Of a stretch of DNA of 64,000 bases, positions 1 to 12,843 are shown in pieces. Within the stretch, counting starts at the first letter, position 1. Each line of letters opens with the position of its first letter. The notes under the pieces were generated by a model. That model did no database searches and was not told the DNA's origin. It saw only the letters and a program-made list of their open reading frames with translations. The stretch spans positions 100,380,001 through 100,444,000 of the forward strand of contig CM059432.1 of NCBI GenBank assembly GCA_030390025.1, written 5' to 3'. The translations under genes and the position numbers were made by a program. The stretch is from Squalus acanthias (lineage: Eukaryota).

Positions 1-368
1 ATATTGGTATTACGCGTTCTTTAGAGACTAGTATAGTAACGGGATCTGCACAGGGTGAGGCACTGGGGATGAGTGGGCTGCAGCAAGGCCAGGGGAAAGG
101 GTAGCTTGGGGGCCAGCTCCCTGGATGGCAAGTTCTGCTGCACAGGACGCAGATGAGGACCTCGCACGGACACTCATCAGCCTTCCACCAGCCCTGCTGC
201 AGCCACTGGGCCAACACTTCATAGGAGCACTAGAGTAGGCAAAGGCACAGTAGTGAGCAACATTAAGGGATTGCACAAGGGTGAATAGTTAATATTTTTG
301 TTGTAAATATGTGTTCACTGATTTTTGATAAATTTATTAATTCAGTTTGGATTCTTTTGTGGTACGTC

Positions 369-1974
369 TCATTTCAGCTTTGCGCTGTGATATGGCCTGC
401 GACAGGGATGGAATGATGGGGATGTGGTGAGCAACAGGGATCTGGGGCTTAATTCATTCGAACCGCAGTCTGATGAGGCGATCATGGACCGCCCTTCCGG
501 AAGGCCGATTGAGTGGCTGCCTCCTCCCTCTTCCTCCTCCTGCGGTGGTCCCGCAATCCCTGGTGGCAAGTGCTGGGTCCTCATGATGTCCAAGTTGTGG
601 AGCATTTTTCTTTTATTCGTTCACCGGATGTGGGCGTCGCTGGCTAGGCCAGCATTTATTGCCCATCCCTAATTGCCTTTGAGTGGCTTGCTAGGCCATT
701 TTAGAGGGCAGTTAAGAGTCAACCACATTGCTGTGGGTCTGGAGTCACATGTAGGCCAGACCAGGTAAGGATGGTAGATTTCCTTCCCTAATGGATATTA
801 GTGAACCAGATGGGTTTTTATGACAATCTGGTAGTTTAATGGTCACCATTACTGATACTAGCTTTTTATTCCAGATTTATTTAATTAACTGAATTTAAAT
901 TCCACAGCTGCCGTGGTGGGATTTAGAACTCATGTCTCCGGATCATTAGTCTGGGCCTCTGGATTACTAGTCCAGTAACATAACCACTATGCCATCATTC
1001 CCGAAATGCAGCAGACCACCACAAAATGGGACACCCGCTCAGCCGAGTACTGGAGGGCTCCTCCTGAGCCGTCAAGGCAGCGGAACCATTGCTTCAGCAG
1101 GCCGATGGTCTGCTTGATGATGTTCCTGGTGGCAGCATGGCTCACATTATATGAGTGCTGGGCAGGAGTGTTGGGATTGCGGAGGGGAGTCATGAGCCAG
1201 GTGGAGAGCAGATAGCCCTTGTCTCCGAGCAGCCAGTCACGAGCTTGACGTGGTGGCTAGAAGATAGCTCGCACACCGGTCTGGCGCAGGATGAAGGCAT
1301 CGTGGCTGCTACCAGGATAGTGAGCATTGACATTGAGGATTCGCTGTCTGTGTCGCACACCAACTGCACATTAAATGAGTGGTAGCCTTTGCGGTTATGG
1401 AAGATCTCAGGATTGTTATGCGGTGCCCGCAAAGCCACGTGGGTGCAGTCAATGGTGCCCTGCACCATGGGGAATCCCGCTATCCTGGCAAAACCACATG
1501 CACGCTCGTCCTGCTTCTCTCTGGTGATGGGGAAGGAAATGTAGTCCCTTCTCCTACTGCAGAGAGCCTCTGTGACCTTCTGGATGCAGCGATGGACGGC
1601 AAACTGCGAGATGTTAGATATGTCTCCTGCTGCAGACTGGAAGGGTCCGCTGGCGAAGAAATTGAGGACGACGGTGACCTTGACTGCCACTGTGGGAGCC
1701 GTGGTTGTCTTGATCCGAGTCTGGAGCTCTGGTTGCAGGAGGTGTCAGAGTTCTGTGACCACCTTTTTGCTGAAGTGGAGCCTCCTAATACCTCGCTTAA
1801 TTGGAGATAGGAGAAGTGCTGTCGGAATACCCTCGGAGGGTAAGGCCTCCTGTTGAGTGCCCTGATGGCCCTCCTCCTCCCTCTGGCCATATGTTCCAGT
1901 CTTTCTCGTTCCCTCCGCCATAAATCCTGGAGGGCGAGGTCGACTGCCAGTACAGCCCCCATTAATGTTACCAA
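369..1974 (-). pseudogene. Harbinger/HARBI1-like DDE transposase, frameshifted and SINE-interrupted
   Basis: Fragments in several frames: RRPYPPRVFRQHFSYLQLSE; AVKVTVVLNFFASG…GFPMVQGTIDCTHV…[23 protein letters not shown] (~1212-1235); [22 protein letters not shown]…VVVCC | SINE | MLHNL. The third catalytic Glu (R.IIE) appears as K. Confidence 0.9.
606..1003 (-). mobile_element. tRNA-derived SINE inserted in the Harbinger transposase
   Basis: Minus strand begins with an A-box-like TGGCATAGTGG and a B-box-like GAGTTCTAAATCC. It ends in GCAATTAGGGATGGGCAATAAATGCTGGCC…CCCACATCC plus an A-rich tail. Confidence 0.85.
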
Positions 1975-2859
1975 GTGTAGCAGTTTGATTTTTTTTAAGA
2001 ATGTAGCTACTTTTTAGTTGCCACAACAGTCCTGATACAAAATAACCTTGAAATTACTGAATTAAACTGTTGGACTATGTGAAACTGACAAGGAACCACT
2101 GAAACTGCACTAACCTGACAGCTGTGGGTCATTACTGATGATCCCTTTAAATAACGTCCCTGGAGCCGGCTTCTTGCTGCTTCACGCCAGCTCTCCCTGT
2201 TGCTGTTTACTCCAGGCACTAAGGTAGGTGGCGACAATCAATTTCGCAGATCGGGCACTCAGTGAGTGTTGCACTCACTAACGTCACAATCCACCTAGCG
2301 TTGAGGCTCCTGCCGATAGCGGTTAGCTGCGGGGGGGGGCATGATTTGGCGTGCGCCGTTGGATTCACCTCACCCCGGCGATAATGCCCTAGCGCCCCAC
2401 TGACACCATCTGCTGGCGTTAACGAGAGGCGCTAAGGTACCAAATTTTTACCCCTCAGTCTTTGTGAATGAGTGCAGCAACATTCAATGCTATTGAACAG
2501 AAGAAAGTGGGGATTGGCACATGATAAAGGCATTATAACTGTCAGGAAACAGGGCACATACCAGCTTCATTCGATTCCTGTTATCACACACCAGCTGCAC
2601 GCTCAGTGAATGTAGGCCCTTCCTGTTCATTTATAGTCTAGGGTCTTGGTATGGAGCATGCAAGACCATGATGCCCTGCACCTGAGGGAAGCCTGCGATC
2701 CTGGCAAAGCCCAGAGCTCTGTCTTCCTGCTTTGCTGCCTCCATAGGGAAAGAGATGAATTAACTTGTCTTGGCAAAGTGTGTGCCCGTCACCTGCTTGA
2801 TGCAGGACTGCATCGCCAATTGACTGATTTTTCTTATGTCACCTGCTGCAGCCTGGAAT

Positions 2860-3630
2860 GATCCTGAGGGATATTAATTCGGGGCCACAGTTACCTTCAG
2901 AGCCACGGGCAACGAAGTGTGCGACCTGGTGCTGCAGTTGGGTGCTGCAAAAGGTGACATAGCACGGTAACAGCCTCACTGGTGAAGCAGAAGCACCAGG
3001 CACACTACTGCTCACTTAACTGGAGGTAAGATGTTTTGGTCTTCTAAACTCATGAGGTTAGTCCTCCTGTGACCTCCCCTCCTTCATGCTCTTTTCCCCA
3101 CAGCTGTGGATCTCTCCACTGTTGCTTGCTGTTCTTCCTTCTCCTCATCCTCCAGCCACAGTAGCAGACGGAGAAGCACACCCATGTTGCCGGAGGAGGT
3201 TTGTACAAAAGCCCCATGGCAGAAATTGTCTCTCGTCTCCAAAGAATTATTTGCCACAATTTTTGCAATCACTACAGCAGCCAACACAGCCAGAATTAGA
3301 CACAAAAGCTCACTCGTAGTCTAAAATGACTAACCAGATACTTTCCTGAATGCACCTGATGATCCCTTTAAATAACAGTTGTGCAGCCTCCCTCCCAACT
3401 GACCCCACTTAGAATTTGTGTAATTTGTACAATGGGTGAATCCAACGGTCAGAAGTCGAATTTGGCAGAAGCGCATTTAAACAGGCGCCGGACCCCCATT
3501 TACATATTCATTAGGCCATCAATGGTTTCAGGTGGTGCACTGGATGACAAGAATGTGACTGACTTATGGTGTTGGGCGCACTTTCAGTGCACATCAGGGG
3601 CGAGAGATCGTCAGGGGAAATTCAAAGGAC
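2860..3630 (-). mobile_element. Second, more decayed Harbinger remnant (transposase N-terminus and flank)
   Basis: Minus strand ~2880-3035 reads SYLQLSEQ…FTSEAVTVLCHL…SLPVALKVTVAP, paralleling the N-terminus of the first copy; it shares gatgatccctttaaataac (3358 vs 2137). Boundaries approximate. Confidence 0.6.
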
Positions 3631-4370
3631 TGATGCTCATGTTAAGAGTACAAAAGGTCATGAGTTGAACTTCTGCTCCTATATTTATTTTCTCTATCAC
3701 CTTGGGGGTAAAATTCAACTTCGGTGGGGACACAAAACAGGCAATCGTGGATTGTCTGCCCATTATACCCTCTGCCCGATTTATCAATTTTCACTGTTGC
3801 CTATTAATTGAAGTCAACTGCAAAACAATCTTCTCTTGAGTTTTGTCAGTAGACAAGAGTAGAGGCAATGTCTCACTAATGTCACAAAGCACAGTCTCTA
3901 TTAACTCAAAACAGGTTAAAACATTGCCATATTTAAAATAAATGTAGCCCAAGGGTGTACTAAAACAAATATTGACAGCACCTTTCAGGATGTAATTGGT
4001 AAAGAATTGCCCCTTGGGTTACTGAAGTAACTGAGACTGCTAAATTATTGCACACTCAAAGGTTGCTACAGTAATCCTGGGAGCAACGGTTTACTGCCAT
4101 ATCTTGAAACCTGCGCTCAGGTTCTGTCTCCTGTTCCATGAGACAGATTATGGTATCGATATTATTGTTTTGGCAGAAGTGAAGAAAGTGAAATGTGTTG
4201 CATACAGTAGACTGACTGAAGTGAAAGTGTTTGCAATAAAAACTCTGGCATGATTTTACTGGGAAAATGTTAAAAGCACAATTAATGCTCTGCCTAATTG
4301 CAGTTCAAATTTTAATTAAAGCTTTAAAAGTTTAGTGGGAGATGTGTAATTTGGGGCTACATTTATGTAG

Positions 4371-4812
4371 GTGTTAGCTGTGGCTCAGTGGTTGCATTCT
4401 TGCCTGTGAGGTAGAAGGTTGTGAGTTCAAGTCCCGCCCCAAAGGCTTGAGCACATAATCTAGGCTGACACTCCAGTGCAGAACTGAGGGAGTGCAGCAC
4501 TGTCGGAAGTGTCGTCTTTCGGATGAGGTGTTAAACCGAGGCCCCTGTCTGCTCTCTCAGGTGGACGTAAAAGATCTCTTGGCACTATTTCGAAGAAGAG
4601 CAGGGGAGTTTTCCCCAGTGTCCTGGCCAATATTTATCCCTCAACCAACATCACAGATTATCTGATTGTTATCACATTGCTGTTCTGTGGGATCTTGCTG
4701 TGCACAAATTGGCAATTGCATTTCTTACATTTAAAGTGACTACACTTCAAAAGTAAAGCGCTTTGTGGCGTCCTGGGTTCGTGAGAGGTGCTATGCAAAT
4801 GAAGTCTTTCTT
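4371..4812 (+). mobile_element. tRNA-derived SINE with Deu-like central domain and L2-like tail (SacSINE1-like)
   Basis: TGGCTCAGTGG A box, GAGTTCAAGTCC B box, central ggatgaggtgttaaaccgaggccc…gtaaaagatc…tcctggccaatatttatccctcaacc, tail aagcgctttg…gtgctatgcaaatgaagtctttcttt. Similar copies occur at 43430 and 56240. Confidence 0.85.
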
Positions 4813-6594
4813 TGATTTGGCACTGAAGATAATTTTTCATACCCCTAAGGTTTAACAGATGCTAGTCATGAAAGCTGCTGTGAATTGTCCTAAAAAATCT
4901 GACACCTTTCCCTAGTTGGGCCTGCGTGTGACTCCATAATTCCACACTACATAGTTGAGTCATAATGCCCTCAGGGCAACTGGGAATGAGCACTAAATAT
5001 TGCCTTGCCAATGTCACCGACGTCCCAAGAACAAATTATTAAAAAAATGTATCTTGCAAGATACTGGTTGCGATTTTCAACTCCCAGCTGCCCATTTGTT
5101 GCCTAAAAAGTGGGTGGCTGTCAGTTAAAAATTTGAGGTGGTTGGGGTGGGGGGGTGGGGGCACCTCGGCCACCCCACTGACATCCAAGGCCCACCTGAT
5201 GCAATTTTCAGTCAGGCCTATAAATGGGCGAGCAGTGCGCCCACTTAATTCAGGCATGAGTCTGCTTAAAAGACGCAAATCTGTATTCTACGCTGCCAGT
5301 GGCTGCTCAAGAAAAGGCGCAGAATTTTTGGGGGAGAATTTTTGTTGGGCCAGGAACAGCAGAAGCACTCATCCTGGCTCCATGAAAATATTGCAGCCTG
5401 GTGCCAGCCCGTGCATGACCACCTCGGTGATTGCCCTCCTCCTGGGTCCAACCTGCTGGGGAGCTGAATTGGGAGCCAGACGATTTCTTGCCCTTCCACA
5501 TCTGACGAGATGCTGCGGGATGACCATTTGGTGTTTACAGCTCGCTGGTGGCCTGGCCGCTCAGGCTGAGTCCGTGCTCACTTCAGGCAATTTGAATTAA
5601 CACCCCGCCACTGTATCCAAACAGTGTTCCTTTAATAAATTTAGCTTGAAGTGAGATCTTGCCGACTGTCAAATACATTTAGAGTCTGTTTCTTGTTCAG
5701 CTATAGTTACATTTACTAGAGGTCTGCACTGAATTAAACAAAAATGTAATCTATGCAGTTTTGCCATCCTTTTCTTAACTGATGATGGTTTACACACCCG
5801 AAATGTCAATGACTTGTCTTTTTTCTTTCTGGTGCTGACCAATTTTCCCTTTAAGCTGTGTGGCTGAGCAGCGCTCCAGGGGTCCCGCGCAGCCGGTGAG
5901 CCAGCTTTTAAACTGAAAAAACCACACATGCGAGGACATTTGAATGGGCCACACAGCCCAAAAAAAAATGACAGGAAATATTGCTGCTGACTGTACTTCC
6001 AGCATACCTAATTTTGTCACTTTCATAAAATATAACATAAAGCAGAAAATACCAAATCCCAGCTCATATAATCGAATATAAAAGTGCCTCAGTGTGGTAA
6101 CACACTACATTATTTCCTCTGGATCTCCAGTTGGCAGATTAGGATTACAGCTTTTTAAAATTATGATTAGGCACCATCAGTTTTATCCAAAGTCACTCCC
6201 CCCACCCCCGCCAACTAACCTAGATAAAGTTTTGAAATAACTGTAGTTTAAAATAATTTGTGTTAATTTTATTGGGTAATGTTTTTCAGTTTTGGGTTTG
6301 CTTTGTGCTGACAGTAGCCGTTAGCATGATTGCCAGATGCCAATATACTGGATATCAATAACAAGGGGAGATATTTATGTTTAGAGGAGAAGGAAAGTAT
6401 AGAGAGAAATACTTTAGAGGTTAAGTACTTCAACGTGGAACACTAATGTATCCCCTTTCATTCAAATAATAACAAAGAGTCATCAAAACTCTTCGACTTC
6501 ATAGAAAATATTCTTGTTTTCATTGTTAATTTTCCTTCTCTATGGAGGTTCAGATCTCCCCTTCCCGCAGGGAGTTAGGAACATAGAAGATAGG

Positions 6595-6915
6595 ATTACA
6601 TAGGATATACGGCACAGAAACAGGCCATTCGGCCCAACCAGTCCATGCCGGTGTATATGCTCCACACGAGCCTCCTCCCGTCTTTCCTCATCTAAACATA
6701 GAACAGGAGTAGGCCATTCAGCCCCTAGAGCCTGTTCTGTCATTCAGTCAGATTATGGTTGATCTATAGTTTTAACTCCATTTGCCCACCTTGCTTCTGT
6801 AACCCTTAATACCCTTGCCTAACAAAAATCTATCAATCTCAGTTTTGAAATTTTTAATTGATCTAGCCTCAACAGCTTTATGGGGAGTGAGTTCCAGAGT
6901 TACACTACCCTTTGT
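6595..6915 (-). mobile_element. CR1 LINE 3' end fragments (two adjacent tails)
   Basis: acagaaacaggccattcggccc and acaggagtaggccattcagccc tails; minus-strand translation KAVEARSIKNFKTEIDRFL resembles the CR1 ORF2 C-terminus. Confidence 0.7.
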
Positions 6916-7414
6916 TGCTCCACTTGTGCACTTGACATTAGCTACGGGAGCATCAGCAAACACCCCCACAGCAAATCCCAAGAGTGGAAAGTTTTCGAGC
7001 TCTGATTGCTGATCAGGTGGGGTCCGTCCCAGTACTGGCTGAGACTATAGCAACAGCCAGCCAGTACCGAATTATCCTGAAGCAGCAGGTCTGCACAGGG
7101 AAGAAAAACTGACAATTGAAAATAGGGATCTCTCATGATGTGGAAGGTTTATTCATAACTATTTTGATGTTATTTTGGATGCACTGGTACTTTATATTGA
7201 AGTAATCTCCCGACAATTACCTTCTGCTTTACAGATGATTGAGATATTACTGCAAGTTTATTGTGTAACAATTTATTGGATTACTTAAAAATCCTATGGC
7301 TTTTGTTACTTTGTATCTGGTTTTTCATTTTTGATAGTGCTAATTTTGAAAAAACAGCATTTATGTACAAGTCTACAATAATAGTAAAGTTGACATGTCG
7401 CAGATCTCACTTAC

Positions 7415-7597
7415 CCTTACACTCCGGTTGCCTTCCTGACCAGGTGCCATTGAGAAGACAAATCCTTTCAATGGAACCATGCAAAATATATCCTGTCAGA
7501 CAAGAAATGCGCACAATGCCCTTAATCCAGAATTCACTCTTTTCTTTCAAACCATGTGCCGGAGAGCCAGGGTCACCACACATTCCAACTGTATCTC
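7415..7597 (-). CDS. CSMD3: CSMD3 coding exon, sushi domain (183 nt)
   Basis: Acceptor ttgcAG, donor GTaagt. GDTVGMCGDPGSPAHGLKEKSEFWIKGIVRISCLTGYILHGSIERICLLNGTWSGRQPECK; follows the …PHCS exon in the expected CSMD3 order. Confidence 0.93.
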
Positions 7598-7716
7598 CTG
7601 CAACAGAACACAAAACCAAGATTAAATGGTCATCAGGTTCATGAAAAAATAAGATGTCTATTCTTTGGACTAAATAAGAAGAAAACTGGCAGAAAACCCC
7701 CCCCAAATTATAACCA

Positions 7717-7934
7717 TGATGCGGAGATGCCGGCGTTGGACTGGGGTGGACAAAAATGAGAAGTCGCACAACACCAGGTTATAGTCCAACAGATTTATTT
7801 AAAATTACAAGCTTTCGGAGCTATCGATCGCCCCTTCTTCATAGTAACTTTACCTGAAGAAGGGGCGATAGCTCCGAAAGCTTGTAATTTTAAATAAATC
7901 TGTTGGATTATAACCTGGTGTTGTGCGACTTCTC
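7717..7934. mobile_element. Penelope-like inverted (fold-back) fragment with 12-bp target-site duplication
   Basis: AAATTATAACCA at 7705-7716 and 7935-7946; inverted arms 7758-7841 and 7855-7934; contains a CTGAAGA…GAAA core. Confidence 0.8.
7850..7887 (+). ncRNA. Minimal type I hammerhead ribozyme motif (Penelope-associated)
   Basis: ttac-CTGAAGA-a-ggggc(gata)gctcc-GAAA-gc-tt-gtaa: stem I ttac/gtaa, stem II of 5 bp, palindromic AAGCTT in place of stem III. Confidence 0.7.
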
Positions 7935-10714
7935 AAATTATAACCAGGATGAGATGGCACGGTTACAAGTTTATAGTCTTCGCTCACTGCTAGTCACTCC
8001 CATCAGCTATCTGAATGTTTAAAGTGTGCCCATACTGCCTAATATCTAACTATACAATAGTGTAACAATAGTATCCCTTTGTGATCTGTAATGTATATTG
8101 GGTCTTTTGCTGGTGTGCTGGTTCATTTACTTCAACAAAACACTTAGTAAAACTAGGCCAGATGCGAATCATTAGCTGTTTTATTTCACAATGAGCGAAC
8201 ATACAGAACAACAATTATTGGATTCACTTTGTTCCAACAGTGCAGCTTTTCTTTGTGCAATAATACAAAACAGTGAAACACGCTACACCTACACACATCA
8301 GTGGGTTGTCTTACTTGATTTAAACAAAATAATTTCCAACTAATCTTCTGCATTCCCGTTCTGAGCCTAGCCAAAGCTTGCCCTCACAGCTTTCCAGTTG
8401 TAGACCTAACTGATTGCTTGTGTCTCTGTATTTGTCATTTATCTTTTGACGTTCACAGAAAGGAACAATGGGTGTGTGGTGACTGTCAAATGCTGAGACA
8501 GGGTAATGAATTGCTTATTATTTACAGTCTATGTGGAAACAACATCAAACCTAGCTTATTAAGGAATTTAACCACTTATCATTTCAGTATCTTTTTTAAA
8601 CTATGCAAAAACACTTTGCTTTAAAATCCCAAAATTTAAAGTAACTCTTTCCAAAATCCGTAATGTGGAAAAAGAGGCAAAAATCCAAAAATGCGATAGG
8701 CATTTTATATGTTATGAAGATCAGATAATTATATTTAATGCTTATTGCAAAATTAGAAGAAAACAGTGCTTGGAAAATCATGGGGCTATTCAAAAACAGA
8801 GTGACTGCTGTCAATGACCGGAAGCTGCGCAGAAGCGTTCTGCGCATAAATCTCTGGTGTTTTAAGTATGAATGTATAATAATATAGTCACATCGCATGC
8901 CTAAATCTATGGAATCTATGGATTGGTTTAATGATGTATAAGTATTAATGTATGATATTTTCACGGGGGAAGGGTTGTAGAGATTTATTTATATGGAGCA
9001 CGAGCTCCATGTGAAGGGAAAGGAGAAGAAAATTAATAAAGATAAAAAAATTAATAAAAATTGGCGTTTACTGTGTTTTGCTGCCGCAGATTTTCTTTTC
9101 CTGCTGTGACTCTGTTCGGTAGTAGCGATTTCTTTTCACCATCCCCCTCCCCTCCTTTCTCGCTGGAAGTGTTTTCTTTGTAATGGCGACAATATTTTAT
9201 TTTCAGTTAGCGAACAACCGAGAAACACTGAAACTGTGCATGCGCAACTACTTCAACTTCGCTGGCAGCAGTCGCGTCCATTCAAAAATTTGTGAAATAC
9301 TATGGTCGAGATTTTCCTTAGCTCGCGGGTCCCGACCCTGCTGCTGGCTCCATCCCGCTCTGAAAAATGATTTTCTGTTGATAGGGCTTGTTAAGCCCGT
9401 CCAGCATGCTTCCCGGGCCAATTAGAGGAAGCGGGTCTGGTGACGTCATTCATGACGCGTCATCAGCCAGTTTCCTTAGAGGGACAAGGGCCAACTTTCT
9501 TTTAACATTTGTGCTGTCAGTGTTTTACATCATTGAAGTGCTGTGTCCTCTGGTTACCAACTCTTCTGCAACTGGAAACAGTTTCTCCTTATTTACTCTA
9601 TTAAAACCGTTCATGATTTTGAACACCTCGATCAAATCTCCTCTTAACCTTCTCTGTTCTAAGGAGAACAACCCCAAATATAGGTGTTCAGCATATGAGC
9701 CTGTTCAAAATAATTGAAAGCTATACAAATGTGCTAAGTGTTCATGCAGTAATAGGTGTTTTTTTATTATTGTTATGTTACTGCTGCTATGGAATCAGCT
9801 GCTTAACTAACTTGCAATGGTTAAAACAGTGATAAAATAAAATAATTCTATATGGTATTGCAAAATTGCTAACTGTTTTAATATATTTGTAATAGAAACT
9901 GAAAGCAAAGCAATTTGTAACAAAATACATATTGGAAGTATCTACATAGTTATTCCATGCCAAGAATTTTACATCTGATGATTCACTTGACCCTTTCTAT
10001 AAGGCTGCATTTGGGAGTAATTTCATGATCCTGTGATCCCAGTAGAGAGTTGCATTCATAAAGAGCCCAGTTTGGAGAGCGTCTGGAACTTGTTAGGCAC
10101 AATTCTTTGACCTGTGGTCCCTATGAGTTCGGCTCCCTGCTGAGAGCATGAGATCGTACAATTACCCCAGAAGGGGCATGTAATAGATTTAGTGCTTTAT
10201 GCAGAATCTATAAAGAGCATATCTAAGATCAGAGCATTATATTAAAGAGTTAATGTCCTATTAACAACAAAAATAACAAATATAAAACAAGATTGGTAAA
10301 AAAAAGTTAATAATTATCCCCAATTGAAAATAAAGCTCTAGAATATCTAAAATTGGAGGAAATAAACTGATGAATAGACACCAGCATTATATCCATTGCA
10401 TACTTTCATGGGGGTTACAAAGTTCTTTCCATTTCTTTCATTTCCATTCTGCATCTGTACTGAAAGAGTGCTACATTATTGGAAGTACTGACCTTCGGGT
10501 GAGATGTTCCTCAGCCAACTACCAATAAATAGATTTACTGGTCATTCATCTGTTTGTGGGATTTAGCTGTGCACATAAAAGCCTGTCCTGTTGTCAACAT
10601 AACAACCACGACTGCACTTCAAAGCAATGCATTATATGGGAAGCATTTTTGGACATTTCTGAGAGATGTACTAAGGTTCTATATAAATTCAAGACTTTCT
10701 TTGCATCGAAGTTA

Positions 10715-11170
10715 TTTTGACGCCCATCCCCCCTGTGCTCGCTGACCTACATTGGCGCCCGGTGAAGCAACGCCTCAATTTTAAAATTCTCATCCTTGTT
10801 TTCAAATCCCTCCATGGCCTTGTCCCTCCCTCTCTCTGTAACCTCCTCCAGCCCCACAACCCTCTGAGATAGCTGGGCTCTTCCAATTCTGGCCTCTTGA
10901 GCATCCCTGACTTTAATCACTCCATCATTGGACACCCTACCTTCAGCTACCAAGGCCCTAAGCTCTGGAATTCCCTCCCTAAACCTCTCCGCCTCTCTAA
11001 CTCTCTTTCCTCCTTCAAGACACTCCTTAAAACCTACCTCTCAGACCAAGCTTTTGGTCATCTGCCCTAATATCTCACTGTCAAATTTTGTTTGATAACG
11101 CTCCTGAGAAGCGCTTTGGTTCGTTTTTACTAAGTTAAAGGTGCTATATAAATACAAGTTGTTGTTGTTT
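10715..11170 (+). mobile_element. L2 LINE 3' end
   Basis: Homologous to 12400-12843 (gctgacctacattggc…ctctggaattccctccctaaacc…aaaggtgctatataaatacaagttgttgttg). Confidence 0.85.
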
Positions 11171-11344
11171 AGCAGGTTTCTAAATGGTCAGGTCACAACA
11201 TCGAGATTTCTGGGTTTCTTACTAAGAAACATACATTGCGATTCAGTACTAACAATTTCTCTTCAGTAAAGTGGCTTTCATTCCATCACCTTTGTTCATT
11301 TCTGTAAAACTTGGTGAAGCTAAATGTACACCATTTTCTTATTA

Positions 11345-12843
11345 TGTCCCCCTTTCCTTCATCACCTCTCTCCTCAAAAAACCAACCCTTGACCCCTCCG
11401 ACCTTGCAAACTAATGCTCCATCTCCAACCTTCCTTTCCTCCCCATAGTTCTTGAATGTGTTGTCACCTCCCAAATCCGTGCCCATCTTTCCCAGAACTC
11501 CTTGTTTGAACCCCTCCAATCAGGCTTCCGCCCCTGCCACAGTACCAAAACTGCTTTTACGAAGGTCACAAATGACATCCTAATTGACTGTGACAAAGGT
11601 AATCTATCCCTTCTCGTCCTTCTGGACCTGTCTGCAGCTTTTGACACGGTTGACCACAAAATTCTGCTCCAATGCCTCTCCACCGTCATCCAGCTGGATG
11701 GGACTGCACTTGCCTGGTTTCATTCCTATCTTTCCTGCCGTAACCATAGAATCACCTGCAATGGCTTCTCTTCCCGATCCCGCACTGTCACCTCTGGTGT
11801 CCCCCAAGGATCTATCCTTGGCCCCCTCCTATTTCTCATCTACATGCTGCCCCTCGGTGACATCATCCGGCAACACATCGTGAGTTTTCACGTGTACGCT
11901 GATGATACACAGCTCTATCTCTCTTCCACCTCTCTCGAACCATCCACTATCTCTATACTATCAGACTGCTCATCAGATATCCAGCACTGGATAAGTAGAA
12001 ATTTCCTCCAACTAAATATCGGGAAGCTGGAAGCCATTGTCTTCGGTTCATGCTACAAACTCCATTCCCTTTCCACTGATTTGATCTCTCTCCCCAGCAA
12101 CTGTCTAAGGCTGACCAAGTCTGTTCGCAACCTTGGTGTCATATTTGATCACGAATTGAGCTTCCTACCTCATATCCATTCTATCACTAAGACTACCCAT
12201 TTCCACCTTTGTAATATCGCCCCTCTCCGCCCTTACCTCAACTTATCTGCTGCTGAAGCCCTCATCCATGCCTTTATCACCTCCAGACTTGACTATTCCA
12301 ATGCACTCCTGGCCAGCATCCCTCGGTCTACCCTCCATAAACTTGAAGTCATCCAAAACTCTGCCGCCCATGTGCTGACTTGCACCAGGTCCTGCTTACC
12401 CATCTCTCCTGTGCTTGCTGACCTACATTGGCTCCCAGTTAAGCAATGCCTCAATTGTAAAATTCTCATCCTTGTTTTCAAATCTTCCATGGCCTCACCC
12501 CTCCTTATCTCTGTAATCTCCTCCAGGCCTGTAATTTCCCATGACCTCTGTGCTCCACCTATTCTGGCCTTTTGAACATCCCCGATTTTAAATGCTCCAT
12601 CAGTGGCGGTCATGCCTTCAGCTGCCTAGGTCCTAAGCTCTGGAATTCCATCCCTAAATCTCTCTGCCTCTCCACTTCTCTTTCCTCCTTAAAACCTACC
12701 TTTTTCGACCAAGCTTTTGGGCAACTGCCCTAACATCTCCTTATATGGCTTGGGTCAATTTTTTAAAAAAATAACACTCCTGTGAAGTGCCTTGGGAGAT
12801 TTTTATTACGTTAAAGGTGCTAATTAAATATAAGTTGTTGTTT
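11345..12843 (+). mobile_element. 5'-truncated L2 LINE with open RT ORF (11502-12575)
   Basis: QSGFRPCHST, LLDLSAAFDTVDH, GVPQGSILGPLLF, YADDTQLY, SRLDYSNALL, LHWLPV; (GTT)n tail. Confidence 0.92.

Larger units (their letters stand above)
1..2454. mobile_element. PIF/Harbinger DNA transposon, right portion (left end outside window)
   Basis: Contains a HARBI1-type transposase pseudogene on the minus strand and ends in ccaaatttttacccc (2440-2454), the same terminal pattern as the MITEs in this window. Positions ~200-285 resemble ~14897-14985 of a related element. Confidence 0.8.

Noticed and set aside
369..1974. Host HARBI1 gene
   Set aside because: Frameshifts, a SINE insertion, a catalytic E>K change, a TIR-like end and an intronic location indicate a dead transposon.
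4371..4445. tRNA genes (also ~920-1003, ~56640-56712, ~58655-58745)
   Set aside because: A/B boxes without a convincing cloverleaf; the first three continue into SINE bodies and the last looks like a decayed SINE head.
5778..5820. Further hammerhead-like motifs (also ~31660 and ~61955)
   Set aside because: Core or stems are degraded; probably old Penelope-like relics rather than functional ribozymes.
7261..7644. 127-aa plus-strand ORF overlapping a CSMD3 exon
   Set aside because: Antisense shadow ORF with no recognisable domain.
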